DNA of 64,000 bases from an uncultured Spirochaetales bacterium (lineage in GTDB: Bacteria > Myxococcota_A > UBA9160 > SMWR01): assembly GCA_964494795.1 (NCBI GenBank), contig CAZBSV010000074.1, positions 1,053 to 65,052 of the forward strand, in the 5' to 3' direction. The notes below the pieces were generated by a model. That model saw only the letters and a program-made list of their open reading frames with translations, was not told the origin of the DNA and searched no databases. How positions within the stretch are numbered: the first letter of the stretch is position 1; every line of letters begins with the position of its first letter. The position numbers and the translations under genes are program-made. Of this stretch, positions 18,243 to 29,841 are shown piece by piece.

Positions 18243-18842
18243 CTACGCACCGGTTTCGGCTCCGACAAATCGGAACGTTGTCGCGGTTCCAGTCACCTTG
18301 AGTCGCGTGGAATCGAGCGATTCCATCGAGACCGCCAGCTTCAACGACCCCATGTTCACGATTCGCTTCAGCTGCGACAGAAGCTCAAAGAACTTTCCAA
18401 TGTCGTGATACTCGCCATCGAGCTCGATGGCGATCGGAACCTCGGCATAGAAATCGTGCAATATTTCCTGCTGCCGCTGAAAGGAGCGAATCTCGACGCC
18501 AGCTGTCTTGCCGAGATTGCTGATGTCGGTCAGCAGCACTTCGAGCTGCTGCTCGTTCGGGAGCTGGCGAAGCGCCTTCTTCAACTGCAGCTCGAGAGCT
18601 GCGATCTCAGCCTCGAATGCCTCGATGTTTCCCGCGACGAGTCGCACCTCGCTCAGCTTTCGCTGGAGACTCAACTCCTCCGCCTGAAGCCGCTCGAGTT
18701 CCTGAGCCTTCGCCTCGTAGATCCCAAAGTAATAGGCGACACAGCAGAGGATCCCGATGCCGGTGAGGATTCCGATTCGCACCCCCTTCGGAAGCTTCAG
18801 GATCTTGTCGAGCTTTTCTCGCGTATCCGCGCTGATTTCCAT
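18243..18842 (-). CDS. pilO: type IV pilus assembly protein PilO
   Basis: One TM segment, a coiled coil, then the PilO core (LPNEQQLEVLLTDISNLGKTAGVEIRSFQ...YAEVPIAIELDGEYHDIGKFF). GGAAGGAG RBS. Confidence 0.8.
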   Translation of the reverse strand: MEISADTREKLDKILKLPKGVRIGILTGIGILCCVAYYFGIYEAKAQELERLQAEELSLQRKLSEVRLVAGNIEAFEAEIAALELQLKKALRQLPNEQQLEVLLTDISNLGKTAGVEIRSFQRQQEILHDFYAEVPIAIELDGEYHDIGKFFELLSQLKRIVNMGSLKLAVSMESLDSTRLKVTGTATTFRFVGAETGA

Positions 18843-18856
18843 CGTCGCGCTCCTTC

Positions 18857-19429
18857 CTAGGTCGCGTCTGCCGCTTTTTTCGGATTCGGGTTCACGAGCA
18901 CCGCGCGAATCGTGAAACTCACCAAGCGCAGTCCGTCGGTTTCGGCACCCAGCTGTGTCTTGTCGAGATCCACCTGCTTGAAATACTCGGACTCGCCGAG
19001 ATGCCTCAAAAAGAGAGCAACGAGGTCGTTGTCGAGACTCTTCCCTGCCATCACGATCGCCGGGCCTTCGGTGGCGAGAGATGTCAACCAGAGTCGATCG
19101 GGCGTGCGCGCTGCCAGTTCCGCTAGCACCCGGACCGGCCCGCTTCGCGCGCGATCCAGCTCATCGATGACGTCGATCTTGGTCTGTAGCTGCTTCTTCT
19201 TTTCCCGGAAGGCAGCGACCTGCTCGAGCTGCGGCGCATACTGATCGATGTCGCGCTGCATCTGTTTCTTGCGAGCCTCGGACTCGCCGATGTCTTCGAC
19301 GATATTCGAATGCGCGAACCCGATCACCGCAGCCACGACGAGTGCGATCAGAGTCCCGTGCATGAGGAACTGGTGCAGTTCCACTTTGCGCCGGGCTTCG
19401 CGAACCGGGAGTAGGTTGATTTTCAGCAT
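18857..19429 (-). CDS. pilN: type IV pilus assembly protein PilN
   Basis: MLKINLLPVREARRK N-terminus, single TM segment, Fimbrial_assembly-like C-terminus. TAATG overlap with pilM. Confidence 0.8.
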   Translation of the reverse strand: MLKINLLPVREARRKVELHQFLMHGTLIALVVAAVIGFAHSNIVEDIGESEARKKQMQRDIDQYAPQLEQVAAFREKKKQLQTKIDVIDELDRARSGPVRVLAELAARTPDRLWLTSLATEGPAIVMAGKSLDNDLVALFLRHLGESEYFKQVDLDKTQLGAETDGLRLVSFTIRAVLVNPNPKKAADAT

Positions 19430-20508
19430 TATGAGTCCACCCTCCGCAACGCGAGCCCAACACCCACCCCGAGAGACGGCGCGAGGTCCTCTAGATAGGA
19501 TGAGTCGAACCTTGAACTCGGCGCCATGCGCGCAAGCGGATTCAGCAACTCGACCGGGAGGCCGGTTCTTTCGTGAAATGCGTTCTCGAATCCTGCGACG
19601 CAGGAGCTGCCGCCCGACAGGTAGACCCGCTCGATCCGACTGTCAGCGGTCGTCGCGGCGTAAAAGTCGAGCGAGCGACTGATTTCGCCAATCACGGTAT
19701 CGGAGACCGTCCGCATCGCCTGCTCGACCTCTTGAGGCACGACTTCCTGGCTGACTTCCGAGCGCCTTCCACCGAGCTTGAGCCGTTCGGCTTCTTCGAA
19801 GCTCACTGTCAGGGCCTTTTGGATTTCCTCGGTGTACTGATTTCCCGCCGTTGTGATGTCGCGCGTGAAGGCCGGAGCGCCGTTCGACACGATGTTGATG
19901 TTGACCACCTGTGCGCCAATGTTTACGAGCGCTACCGTCTGGTTTTCGCTGGTGTCGTAGTTGGCTTCGAACGCGTTCTCGACCGCAAACGCGGCGACGT
20001 CGATGGCAGCCGGAATCAGGCCTGCCTCCGTGATCACCTGAACGTAGTCGTCGATCAGATCCTTCTTGGCAGCAACCAGCAGCACGTCCATTTGCCCTTC
20101 CGTGCCACCAGAGTCCAGGATCTGGAAGTCGAGATTTACCTCATTCACGTCGAACGGGATGTATTGCTCGGCCTCCCAGCGAATCTGTTCTTCGAGTTCC
20201 GCCCGCGACATGGTCGGTAGACTTACTTTCTTCACGATCACCGAGTGCCCGCAGACGGCAGCTGCGGCGTATTTCGTCTTGATCTTCCCATTCTCGATCG
20301 CTTCACGAATCGCATTTGCGATCGCGCTCGAGTTCAGAAAGGCTCCCTGCACGATCGCCTCGTTGGGCAGCTTTGCCACACCAATGTGGGTTAGCTCGAA
20401 CTCGCGATCCCGCCCTTTGATCATGATCTCGACCGCTTTCACGCTCGAAGATCCGATGTCCAGGCCAATCATTGATTTTCCGCCGAAGTTTCCGAACCTA
20501 AACTTCAC
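19429..20508 (-). CDS. pilM: type IV pilus assembly ATPase-fold protein PilM
   Basis: Actin/FtsA-like fold motifs (IGLDIGSSSVKAVE, LVNIGAQVVNINIV, VYLSGGSS). GTG start overlapping the upstream HTH gene stop (GTGA). Confidence 0.9.
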   Translation of the reverse strand: MKFRFGNFGGKSMIGLDIGSSSVKAVEIMIKGRDREFELTHIGVAKLPNEAIVQGAFLNSSAIANAIREAIENGKIKTKYAAAAVCGHSVIVKKVSLPTMSRAELEEQIRWEAEQYIPFDVNEVNLDFQILDSGGTEGQMDVLLVAAKKDLIDDYVQVITEAGLIPAAIDVAAFAVENAFEANYDTSENQTVALVNIGAQVVNINIVSNGAPAFTRDITTAGNQYTEEIQKALTVSFEEAERLKLGGRRSEVSQEVVPQEVEQAMRTVSDTVIGEISRSLDFYAATTADSRIERVYLSGGSSCVAGFENAFHERTGLPVELLNPLARMAPSSRFDSSYLEDLAPSLGVGVGLALRRVDS

Positions 20509-20834
20509 GATTCACAGCCTCCGTCGGCCTGGGACTGCCTTTGGGGTGAGTTCTGACTTGCGCCTGCGCCTCGCGAAGCATCCGAGCCGCGGTCGCTTTG
20601 GAGTGCTTCGCTTCGAGAGACTGCCGATCCCATCGGGGCGGTTCCGAAGACCTGAGACTTTTCGGAAATCTTCATTCCGAGCGCGAGCAGGATCTTGCGC
20701 TTGGTATCGAGACGGCAGGCACGGCCGGCTTCGACGCGATCGATCGTCAAGGTGGAGAGGCCCGCCTTCCGAGCGAGCTCGGCCTTGCTCATCATGAGCG
20801 ATTCGCGATAGCGCTGGACGTTATTGCTCGGCAC
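20505..20834 (-). CDS. XRE-family helix-turn-helix protein
   Basis: 109 aa. HTH_3-like segment (MSKAELARKAGLSTLTIDRVEAGRACRLDTKRKILLALG). GTG 20834 preceded by GGGGGAGGGGG. Confidence 0.7.
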   Translation of the reverse strand: MPSNNVQRYRESLMMSKAELARKAGLSTLTIDRVEAGRACRLDTKRKILLALGMKISEKSQVFGTAPMGSAVSRSEALQSDRGSDASRGAGASQNSPQRQSQADGGCES

Positions 20835-21080
20835 CGCCCCCTCCCCCTGCCTGTCGGATGCCAGCGGCTGATGGCTCGAGCCCCAGGTTCGACGTTCGAG
20901 AGTATCGGCGTGCTGTTACGGGGACTTGAGAGAACCTGCGTCCGGTGCATGGTGTGGCGGATCACCGCCTCGGATGCGCAACTAGCCGGCAATCGAGCGG
21001 GCGAGGTGGGGGTATGGGGGCAGGTCTTCGGCCTGGGGCTGCCTCAGGATCCCGCGGAAAATCACCGATACGCAGGCACG

Positions 21081-22439
21081 ATGCCCGATCGCATTTTGCT
21101 CATCGAGCCCGATCTGAACACGCGAGACGGCCAGCTGATCGCGTTGTCCGAGCTCGGTTTCGATGCCGTGGCAGTCCTCGACGCCGAGCAGGCCTTCCGG
21201 GCGATCGCGGAGGCGCCACCGGACATCATCCTCTGCGACGCCTTCGCCCCGGGCACGGATGATCTCGAACTCGTTTGGCAGCTCTGCAGGCGCGCGCCCG
21301 AAGCAACCCTGTTGGTGACCTCCGCACCGAGCGACTACGAGGCAGCGATGGAGGTCGCCCTGCGAGGCGCTCACGATCACATCAGCAAACCGCTGCGTCC
21401 CTCCGAGCTTCGATTGAAGCTGCGCAACGCGAAAGAGCGGGCGCGGCTGAGCGGCCAATATCGGCTTCTGCGCTGGGAAATTGCCAAAGTGATCGGCGAG
21501 CGTCCGATCGTCGCAGCGTCCGGCCCGATGATTCGGCTGCTCGAGAATATGGAGCGGGCGGCTGGCTGCGAGAGAACGCTCCTGCTGGTCGGCGAATCGG
21601 GAACCGGAAAAGAGGTCATGGCGCGCGCGATTCACGCCCTTTCGAGCCGACGCCATCACAGCTTCGTCGCCGTGCAATGCGCGGCAAGATCGGCCGAGTC
21701 GATATTGGCAGAGCTTTTTGGCGACCGTTCCGCGGCGCCGAATTACGGGGAGCGAACGCAGCGGGGCCTCTTTCAAGACGCCGAGCGGGGCAGCCTGTTT
21801 CTGGACGAAGTCGGAGAGCTGCCGATCCGCGTTCAAAACGAACTCCTCCGCGTGTTGAACGAAAAGCAGGCCGAATCGAGTTCGGAGCCCAGATCCGGCA
21901 CGGTCGATATCCGAATCATCGCCGCTACGGCCCGAAACCTCCGACAAGACGTCTCCGATCGCCGGTTCGAAGCGGAGCTCTTCGAGCACCTCGATCCCCT
22001 CCGACTGGATATCCCTGCTCTACGGGATCGACGCGAGGACATTCCCCTTCTCGTCGATCATTTTCTCGACCACTACCGGCACGAGCTGGTGAAGCCAATC
22101 CGCGGGATCGCGGAAGACGCGCTCGAACGACTCGTCGCGCATCCGTGGTTCGGAAACATTCGCGAGCTGAAGAACGTGATCGAATCGGCCGTCATGTTCG
22201 CGCGCGGAGAGCGGATCGCGATCCAGGATCTTCCACCCCGAATCCTGCTGGCTCCTGCGGCAAGCGACCCGCTCCGCGACGATCTCTGCCTCAAGCGAAG
22301 TCGTCGAGCCTTCGAAATCGACATGATTCGAAGGGCACTGCGCGCCACCGGCGGCAACCGCACCCACGCCGCGAAACGGCTCGAAATCAGCCATCGCGCG
22401 CTGCTCTACAAGATCAAAGAGTATGGGATCGACGCCTGA
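21081..22439 (+). CDS. response regulator with AAA+ bacterial enhancer-binding-protein domain and Fis-type HTH, lacking the GAFTGA motif
   Basis: REC (DIILCD acceptor, ISKPL). Walker A GESGTGKE, Walker [11 protein letters not shown]-terminal GGNRTHAAKRLEISHRALLYKIKEYG. Where GAFTGA is expected (after ELFG) the sequence is DRSAAPNYGERTQ. Confidence 0.85.
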   Translation: MPDRILLIEPDLNTRDGQLIALSELGFDAVAVLDAEQAFRAIAEAPPDIILCDAFAPGTDDLELVWQLCRRAPEATLLVTSAPSDYEAAMEVALRGAHDHISKPLRPSELRLKLRNAKERARLSGQYRLLRWEIAKVIGERPIVAASGPMIRLLENMERAAGCERTLLLVGESGTGKEVMARAIHALSSRRHHSFVAVQCAARSAESILAELFGDRSAAPNYGERTQRGLFQDAERGSLFLDEVGELPIRVQNELLRVLNEKQAESSSEPRSGTVDIRIIAATARNLRQDVSDRRFEAELFEHLDPLRLDIPALRDRREDIPLLVDHFLDHYRHELVKPIRGIAEDALERLVAHPWFGNIRELKNVIESAVMFARGERIAIQDLPPRILLAPAASDPLRDDLCLKRSRRAFEIDMIRRALRATGGNRTHAAKRLEISHRALLYKIKEYGIDA

Positions 22440-22443
22440 GCGC

Positions 22444-23832
22444 TCAGGCGTCGTCCGAGGAATCGAGCCCGAGCTTCTCGAGTCTATATCGAAACGAGCG
22501 AAAGGAGATGCCAACGAGCTGGGCGGCTCGCTTCTTGACCCCGTTGGCGGCCTGCAGCGCCTCTTTGAGCAGGCTCCGCTCGTACTCGTTGACCATCGCC
22601 TCGAGGTCGATTCCGCCACTGTTCGTGATGCGGCGCGGCTCGCCAAATTCCGCGGGACTCAGCACGACAGGAGGAAGTGACTCGAGGTCGATCACCTCCG
22701 TACGACTGAGCGCAACGGCCCGCTCGACCACGTTCTCGAGTTCCCGGACGTTTCCGGGGAAGCGATACTCACTCAACCTGGCCATCGCCTCATCGCTTGC
22801 GTGCGTGACGGCCTTCTCGAGCTCGGTCGAATATTTCTCGATGAAATGAGTGACCAACAGCGGAATGTCTTCCTTTCGATCCCTCAGTGGAGGGAGCGGG
22901 ATCTCGATCACATTCAGCCGGTAGTAGAGATCTTCTCGAAAGCGCCCAGCGACCACTTCTTCATCCAGGCGCCGGTTGCTGGCTGTGATGATCCTGGCGT
23001 CAGAGCGGGCATCGGTGGATGCGCCCACTCGCCGAAAACATTTTTCCTGGATTGCGCGGAGAAGCTTCACCTGAACCGAAAGCGTCAGTTCGCCGACTTC
23101 ATCGAGAAACAGCGTTCCGCCGTTCGCGACCTCGAATAGCCCCTCTTTGTTCTGAACCGCTCCGGTGAATGCGCCCTTGACGTGGCCGAAGAGCTCCGAC
23201 TCCAGCAGGGTCTCGGGAATCGCCGCGCAATTGACTGCCACGAAGGCCTTGTCGCGACGCGGGCCGCCCTGGTGGATGGCACGCGCGACGACTTCCTTAC
23301 CGGTTCCACTCTCTCCGCTGATCAGTACGTTTGCCTTGCTGTCCGAAACCTGGGCGATGAGTTCACACACGCGCCGGATCACGACGCTGTTCCCGATGAT
23401 GGAGCGGTCGCGGCTCTGGCTCCGCAATTCCCGGCGCAATCTGCGGTTTTCACTCGAAAGAAGTTTCTTCTCGAGCGCTTTTTCCACCACGATCCGAAGC
23501 TCGTCGACCTTGAATGGCTTCGTCACGTAGTCGTAAGCACCTTCTTTCATCGCGCTGATGGCGGTCTCCGTGCTCGCAAACGCGGTGATCATGATGACTA
23601 TGGTCTCGGGCGAGGTCTCGGTTGCCGCGTGAAGAAGATCGATCCCCGAGCGGCCTGGCATCTGAATGTCGGAGATGACGACGTCGAAATCATCACTTTC
23701 AAGCTGAACCAACGCCGTGTCGACGTCGCCTGAGGTGACGACGTCATAGCCCTCGCTCCTGAAGAAGATCTCGAGAAACTCCTGCATGCTGCGTTCGTCA
23801 TCGACGACGAGTATGCGAGCCTTGGCGCTCAA
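22444..23832 (-). CDS. pilR: sigma-54-dependent response regulator PilR
   Basis: REC ([10 protein letters not shown]), [21 protein letters not shown], Fis HTH. Follows pilS with a TTGA overlap. Confidence 0.85.
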   Translation of the reverse strand: MSAKARILVVDDERSMQEFLEIFFRSEGYDVVTSGDVDTALVQLESDDFDVVISDIQMPGRSGIDLLHAATETSPETIVIMITAFASTETAISAMKEGAYDYVTKPFKVDELRIVVEKALEKKLLSSENRRLRRELRSQSRDRSIIGNSVVIRRVCELIAQVSDSKANVLISGESGTGKEVVARAIHQGGPRRDKAFVAVNCAAIPETLLESELFGHVKGAFTGAVQNKEGLFEVANGGTLFLDEVGELTLSVQVKLLRAIQEKCFRRVGASTDARSDARIITASNRRLDEEVVAGRFREDLYYRLNVIEIPLPPLRDRKEDIPLLVTHFIEKYSTELEKAVTHASDEAMARLSEYRFPGNVRELENVVERAVALSRTEVIDLESLPPVVLSPAEFGEPRRITNSGGIDLEAMVNEYERSLLKEALQAANGVKKRAAQLVGISFRSFRYRLEKLGLDSSDDA

Positions 23833-25532
23833 TCCGAATTCTCCGCTCTCGGTATCCGGAGTCGCACCGTCGTGCCTACGCCCACACTGCTCTCCAGATT
23901 GACCGTTCCGCCGTGCTTCTCGACGATTCGATGGACGGTCGCCAGGCCAAGGCCCGAGCCGTCGCGTTTGGTGGTGAAGAAGGGATCGAATATTCGATCC
24001 AGTTTGTCCGGCGGTACTCCGACGCCGTCATCTGCGACGGCAATCTCCAGCCAGCCGACCCTCTTTTCCCCCTCCCCGCTTCTTCGGTCCTCTTCCGAGC
24101 TCGCTTGAGATCGGCCGACATCCAGAGCCCTGGCGCTGACCTGCAATCGGCCACCGCCAGGCATGGCTTGCACTGCGTTGAGAACCAGATTCCACAAGAC
24201 CTGCCGCAGCTGCGCGGAGTCCGCGAGAGCCGTCAGCTGGTCCTCCAGCGCGACGTCGATCTCGATTCCTTCGGGCTTTGTGGCTTCGAACATCTTGAGA
24301 ACCTCGCCGATCGCCTCTCGGAGCGAGACCGCTTCCAATCGGAGCGGGCCCGGACGCGCGTAGCTCAGGAAATCCGAGATCAGGTGGTTGAGCCGATCCA
24401 CCTCTCGCAACACGATGCCCATCAGCTGTTCCGAATCGATCGAGCCTTCCTCGCCAGCCCTGCCATCCTTCAGCATCTCGATCGAGCCGGATATCGCCGC
24501 CAATGGATTCCGAATCTCGTGCGCGATGCTTGCTGACAGCTCGCCGATCGCCGCGAGGCGCTCGGATTGACGCAGGCTGGTCTCCATCTCCACCACATCG
24601 GTGACATCCTGGAAGATCACCACGTGCCCCTCGGCTTCGGCTTCTCGGTCGCGCAGCGCATAGGCTCCGATGCCGAGGTACCGAAGCGTTCGATCATGAG
24701 CCTGATAGGTCATCCGCCTGCGGGAGCGCGAGCTCTCCTCCGGCAGGAGACCAACGCCAAGCAGGTAATCCGAAATTCCCGGCAGAACCAGCTCCACGTG
24801 TTTTCCGATGACTTCTGCCCGATCCAATTTCGTGATTCTTTCCGCCTCCGAGTTGAATGACGTGATATGTCCGTCGAGGTCTGTCGTCATGAGGCCGCTC
24901 TTGAGGCTCTCCACCGTGCGCTCGTGAAGCGTCTTCAGGCGGCTGAGGTCGCTGGTGCGTTGCACGAGCGCCTCTCCGGTCCGCAGCAATTCCGCCGCAA
25001 GCAAACTCGCTAGCCACGCGACGAGAATGATGCCGGCCGCGTTGACCAGCCACATGCTCAGCAGGACGGGCATCGGTTCCGGCGGCCCAATCTCGTGTAC
25101 TGGGAGCCAACCCTGATGGCCGGCCAGGATCACCAATCCATAGACGGAAGCGCCGGTTACGGCACAGATCATCGCTCCGCGCCGCTCCAGCAGCATGGAG
25201 CCGTATACCGCGATGAGGACGTAGAGGAACGCGAACGGGGAATCGGAGCCGCCCGACAGATGGACGAGCGCACTGACGATTGCGATGTCCGTTGCGATGT
25301 TCAGTACAGAAAAGCGCTGGATTTTTTTGACACGGCGAAAGATCAGCCCGTAGGCAATCGTTGCCACGAAAGCGAAGATCAACGTGCCGTAGAAGCCGCG
25401 CCACTCGGCAGGCGAGTAGCTCCAACCCGCGGCCTCCAGCGCGACGGCGATTCCGAGGCTCAGCAACGAAAGCGCGAGCCGAGCCGCCATCAGGATCAGG
25501 AGTTTCTTCTCGAGTCCATCATCGGCGCTCAA
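23829..25532 (-). CDS. pilS: sensor histidine kinase PilS
   Basis: Multi-TM N-terminus, PAS-like region, H-box SASIAHEIRNPL, HATPase_c (DDGVGV...GSGLGLA). TTG 25532 with GGGGAGAG RBS. Confidence 0.8.
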   Translation of the reverse strand: MSADDGLEKKLLILMAARLALSLLSLGIAVALEAAGWSYSPAEWRGFYGTLIFAFVATIAYGLIFRRVKKIQRFSVLNIATDIAIVSALVHLSGGSDSPFAFLYVLIAVYGSMLLERRGAMICAVTGASVYGLVILAGHQGWLPVHEIGPPEPMPVLLSMWLVNAAGIILVAWLASLLAAELLRTGEALVQRTSDLSRLKTLHERTVESLKSGLMTTDLDGHITSFNSEAERITKLDRAEVIGKHVELVLPGISDYLLGVGLLPEESSRSRRRMTYQAHDRTLRYLGIGAYALRDREAEAEGHVVIFQDVTDVVEMETSLRQSERLAAIGELSASIAHEIRNPLAAISGSIEMLKDGRAGEEGSIDSEQLMGIVLREVDRLNHLISDFLSYARPGPLRLEAVSLREAIGEVLKMFEATKPEGIEIDVALEDQLTALADSAQLRQVLWNLVLNAVQAMPGGGRLQVSARALDVGRSQASSEEDRRSGEGEKRVGWLEIAVADDGVGVPPDKLDRIFDPFFTTKRDGSGLGLATVHRIVEKHGGTVNLESSVGVGTTVRLRIPRAENSD

Positions 25533-25559
25533 GAGAACTCTCCCCGCAGCGGTCCGCCG

Positions 25560-25619
25560 GCTAGCGGGGGAAGCTTCGCTTCCCTGGCGGCGCCCCTCGA
25601 ACCCGTTCCGGGTTCGAGC
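25560..25619. repeat. 60-nt double-hairpin extragenic element, copy 1
   Basis: gctagcgggggaagcttcgcttccctggcggcgcccctcgaacccgttccgggttcgagc. The hairpins are GGGAAGC-TTC-GCTTCCC and CTCGAACCCG-TTC-CGGGTTCGAG. It is 57/60 identical to the reverse complement of 47208..47267. Confidence 0.9.
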
Positions 25620-25627
25620 GGCTTGAA

Positions 25628-26839
25628 TCAGCCGATGGTGTCCGCAATCTTGAAGATCGGCAGGTACATCGCGATCAGCATCGCACCAACGGTGCCTCCG
25701 AGGCCGACCATCATGATGGGCTCCAGCATCGCGGTAAGCGCATCGACCGCAGCGTCCACTTCTTCGTCGTAGAAGTCCGCGATCTTTCCGAGCATCGTCT
25801 CCATCGCTCCGGTTTCTTCGCCCACCGCGATCATCTGAACGACCATTCCAGGGAACACCTTCGACTCGGCTAGCGGCTCAGCGATCGTGCGCCCCTCTGA
25901 AATCGCCGTCCGCACCTTTGCGAGTGCTTCTTCGATTACCACGTTACCCGCGGTCCTCGAGACGATGTCCAATCCATCGAGGATCGGAACACCACTCGCG
26001 ATCATCGTTCCAAGCGTTCTGGTGAATCGCGCGACGGCCACCTTTCGAATCAGGGGGCCAAATACCGGCGCTTTGAGAAAGAGGCTGTCCGTCGCGCGGC
26101 GAAAATTCCGAGATCGCCTCCGCGCCTGGCCGAACGCAATTCCCACCGCCACTACACCCACGAGAAAGATTCCGAGCCACTCTTGCATGAAGTGGCTCAA
26201 GTTCACCACCACTTGCGTCGGCCCGGGAAGTTCACCACCGAAGTCCGAGAACATCTTCTCGAAGGTTGGAATCACCTTCACGAGCAGCAACCCGACGACG
26301 CCGACCGCCACCACGAGGACCGTGGTCGGATAGACCATCGCGCCCTTCACCTTTCGCGCCAGCGCATCGGCTTTTTCGAGGTAGACCGCCAGCCGATTCA
26401 GGATCGTGTCGAGAATACCTCCGATTTCACCCGCCGCGACCAGATTGCAATAAAGGGAATCGAACGGCTTGGGGTGCTTGGAAAGCGCGTCGGCGAACGT
26501 CGATCCCTGCTCGACATCCGAGCGGGTTTCATCGATCGCCAACTTGAACGTCGGGTTATCCTGCTGGTCGCCGAGAATCTTCAGACATTGAACCAGCGGA
26601 AGACCCGCGTCGATCATCGTCGCGAACTGCCGCGTGAAGATCACGAGTTCCTTGGTCTTGATCTTCTTCTTGAGAAAACCAAGATATTCCGAAATGTCCT
26701 TCGCTTTTGCGGCGACCTTGACCGGCGTGAGCATCTGACCGCGAAGCTGCGCCTCGACGGCTTCTTTGCTCACCGCCTCCATGGTGCCCGCTTTCACGGT
26801 TCCTTGTCGCGTCTTACCCTTCCAGGTATAGACCGGCAT
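25628..26839 (-). CDS. pilC: type IV pilus platform protein PilC
   Basis: Two T2SSF repeats (FTRQFATMIDAGLPLVQCL ... FTRTLGTMIASGVPILDGL). GGAGGGGG RBS. Confidence 0.9.
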   Translation of the reverse strand: MPVYTWKGKTRQGTVKAGTMEAVSKEAVEAQLRGQMLTPVKVAAKAKDISEYLGFLKKKIKTKELVIFTRQFATMIDAGLPLVQCLKILGDQQDNPTFKLAIDETRSDVEQGSTFADALSKHPKPFDSLYCNLVAAGEIGGILDTILNRLAVYLEKADALARKVKGAMVYPTTVLVVAVGVVGLLLVKVIPTFEKMFSDFGGELPGPTQVVVNLSHFMQEWLGIFLVGVVAVGIAFGQARRRSRNFRRATDSLFLKAPVFGPLIRKVAVARFTRTLGTMIASGVPILDGLDIVSRTAGNVVIEEALAKVRTAISEGRTIAEPLAESKVFPGMVVQMIAVGEETGAMETMLGKIADFYDEEVDAAVDALTAMLEPIMMVGLGGTVGAMLIAMYLPIFKIADTIG

Positions 26840-26868
26840 CGTCTTTCACCCCCTCCAGTGCTCTTCGA

Positions 26869-27975
26869 TCAACTCTTTCCAGCGGATCGGCGCCCCGCCT
26901 GATTCGCTCCGCCGCTCTGAGTCATGAGGTTTCGGAGCTCGTCAACGTCCGGGCTTCTACTCATGGCGCTTTCCATCGAAATCAGCCGCCGTTGATGGAG
27001 CGACGCCAACGATTGGTTCATCGTCTGCATGCCAAACTTCTCCTGGCCGACCTGCATCGACGAATAGATCTGATGGATCTTGTCTTCGCGGATCAAGTTG
27101 CGAATCGCTGCATTCGGAATCATCACTTCGAGCGCCATCGCGCGACCGGGTCCATTTGCTTTCGGAAGCAGCGCCTGACACAGAACACCTTCCAGCACGA
27201 AGGAGAGCTGAGCTCGAATCTGCGCCTGCTGGTACGGCGGAAACACGTCGACCACGCGATTGATCGTCTGGACAGCCGAATTCGTGTGCAGCGTCCCGAA
27301 AGCGAGGTGCCCCGTTTCGGCGACGGTCAATGCAGCCTCGATCGTCTCGAGGTCCCGCATCTCGCCGATCAGAACGACGTCCGGGTCCTGACGCAGGATG
27401 TACTTGAGAGCCAGTTTGAAACTCGCGGTATCGGCACCCACCTCACGTTGATTGACGATGCAACCCTTGTGCGGGTGTAGATACTCGATCGGGTCCTCGA
27501 TCGTCACGATGTGCTCGTTGCGCTCCTGGTTGATCTTGTTGACGATCGCTGCGAGCGTCGTCGACTTTCCCGAACCCGTCGGGCCCGTGACCAGGATCAG
27601 GCCTCGGGGCCTCTCGCTGAGCTCGCTCACGATCTTCGGAAGGCCGAGATCTTCGACGCTCGGAATCGTGTACGGGATCGCCCGAAACGCCCCTGAAACG
27701 TTGCCGCGCTGAATGAAGACGTTTCCGCGGAAGCGCGACAATTTTTGCACGCTGAACGAAAGGTCGAGCTCGTTGTTCTCCTCGAAGCGGTGCTTCTGGG
27801 CGTCCGTCAGAACCGAATAGCAGAGTTGCTTGGTTTCGGGAGGCGAAAGTGGCGGCATCCGCAATGGATGCAGCTTTCCATCGATCCGAAGCTGCGGCGA
27901 CGTGCCCGTGGTGATGTGAAGGTCGCTCGCGCCCTTCTCGATCATCGCCTTTAGTAGTTGATGCATGTTGGCCAT
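26869..27975 (-). CDS. pilT: twitching motility retraction ATPase PilT
   Basis: GASDLHI, GPTGSGKSTT, IVTIEDPIE, GEMRD, GHLAFGTLHTNSA, AIRNLIRE motifs. Confidence 0.9.
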   Translation of the reverse strand: MANMHQLLKAMIEKGASDLHITTGTSPQLRIDGKLHPLRMPPLSPPETKQLCYSVLTDAQKHRFEENNELDLSFSVQKLSRFRGNVFIQRGNVSGAFRAIPYTIPSVEDLGLPKIVSELSERPRGLILVTGPTGSGKSTTLAAIVNKINQERNEHIVTIEDPIEYLHPHKGCIVNQREVGADTASFKLALKYILRQDPDVVLIGEMRDLETIEAALTVAETGHLAFGTLHTNSAVQTINRVVDVFPPYQQAQIRAQLSFVLEGVLCQALLPKANGPGRAMALEVMIPNAAIRNLIREDKIHQIYSSMQVGQEKFGMQTMNQSLASLHQRRLISMESAMSRSPDVDELRNLMTQSGGANQAGRRSAGKS

Positions 27976-27984
27976 TGCGGGCTC

Positions 27985-29685
<1,701 letters not shown>

Positions 29686-29841
29686 GGACCGCCTGCCTCC
29701 TGATCCCGACGCGACGCCCCAGCCGCAGACGCCGAATCCAGCGGCGCGCGATGGGGAATCGCAACGATCCCTGCCCCACTGCCCCATGCCGTGGAATTCG
29801 TCGGGAACCCGCCGGGTTATCGGCGGCACGCAAGATGGGCT

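Noticed and set aside
29757-29777. Minus-strand GGGCAGGGATCGTTGCG upstream of pilB
   Set aside because: It resembles a -24/-12 element but the spacing is 11 nt and the -24 hexamer has two mismatches.
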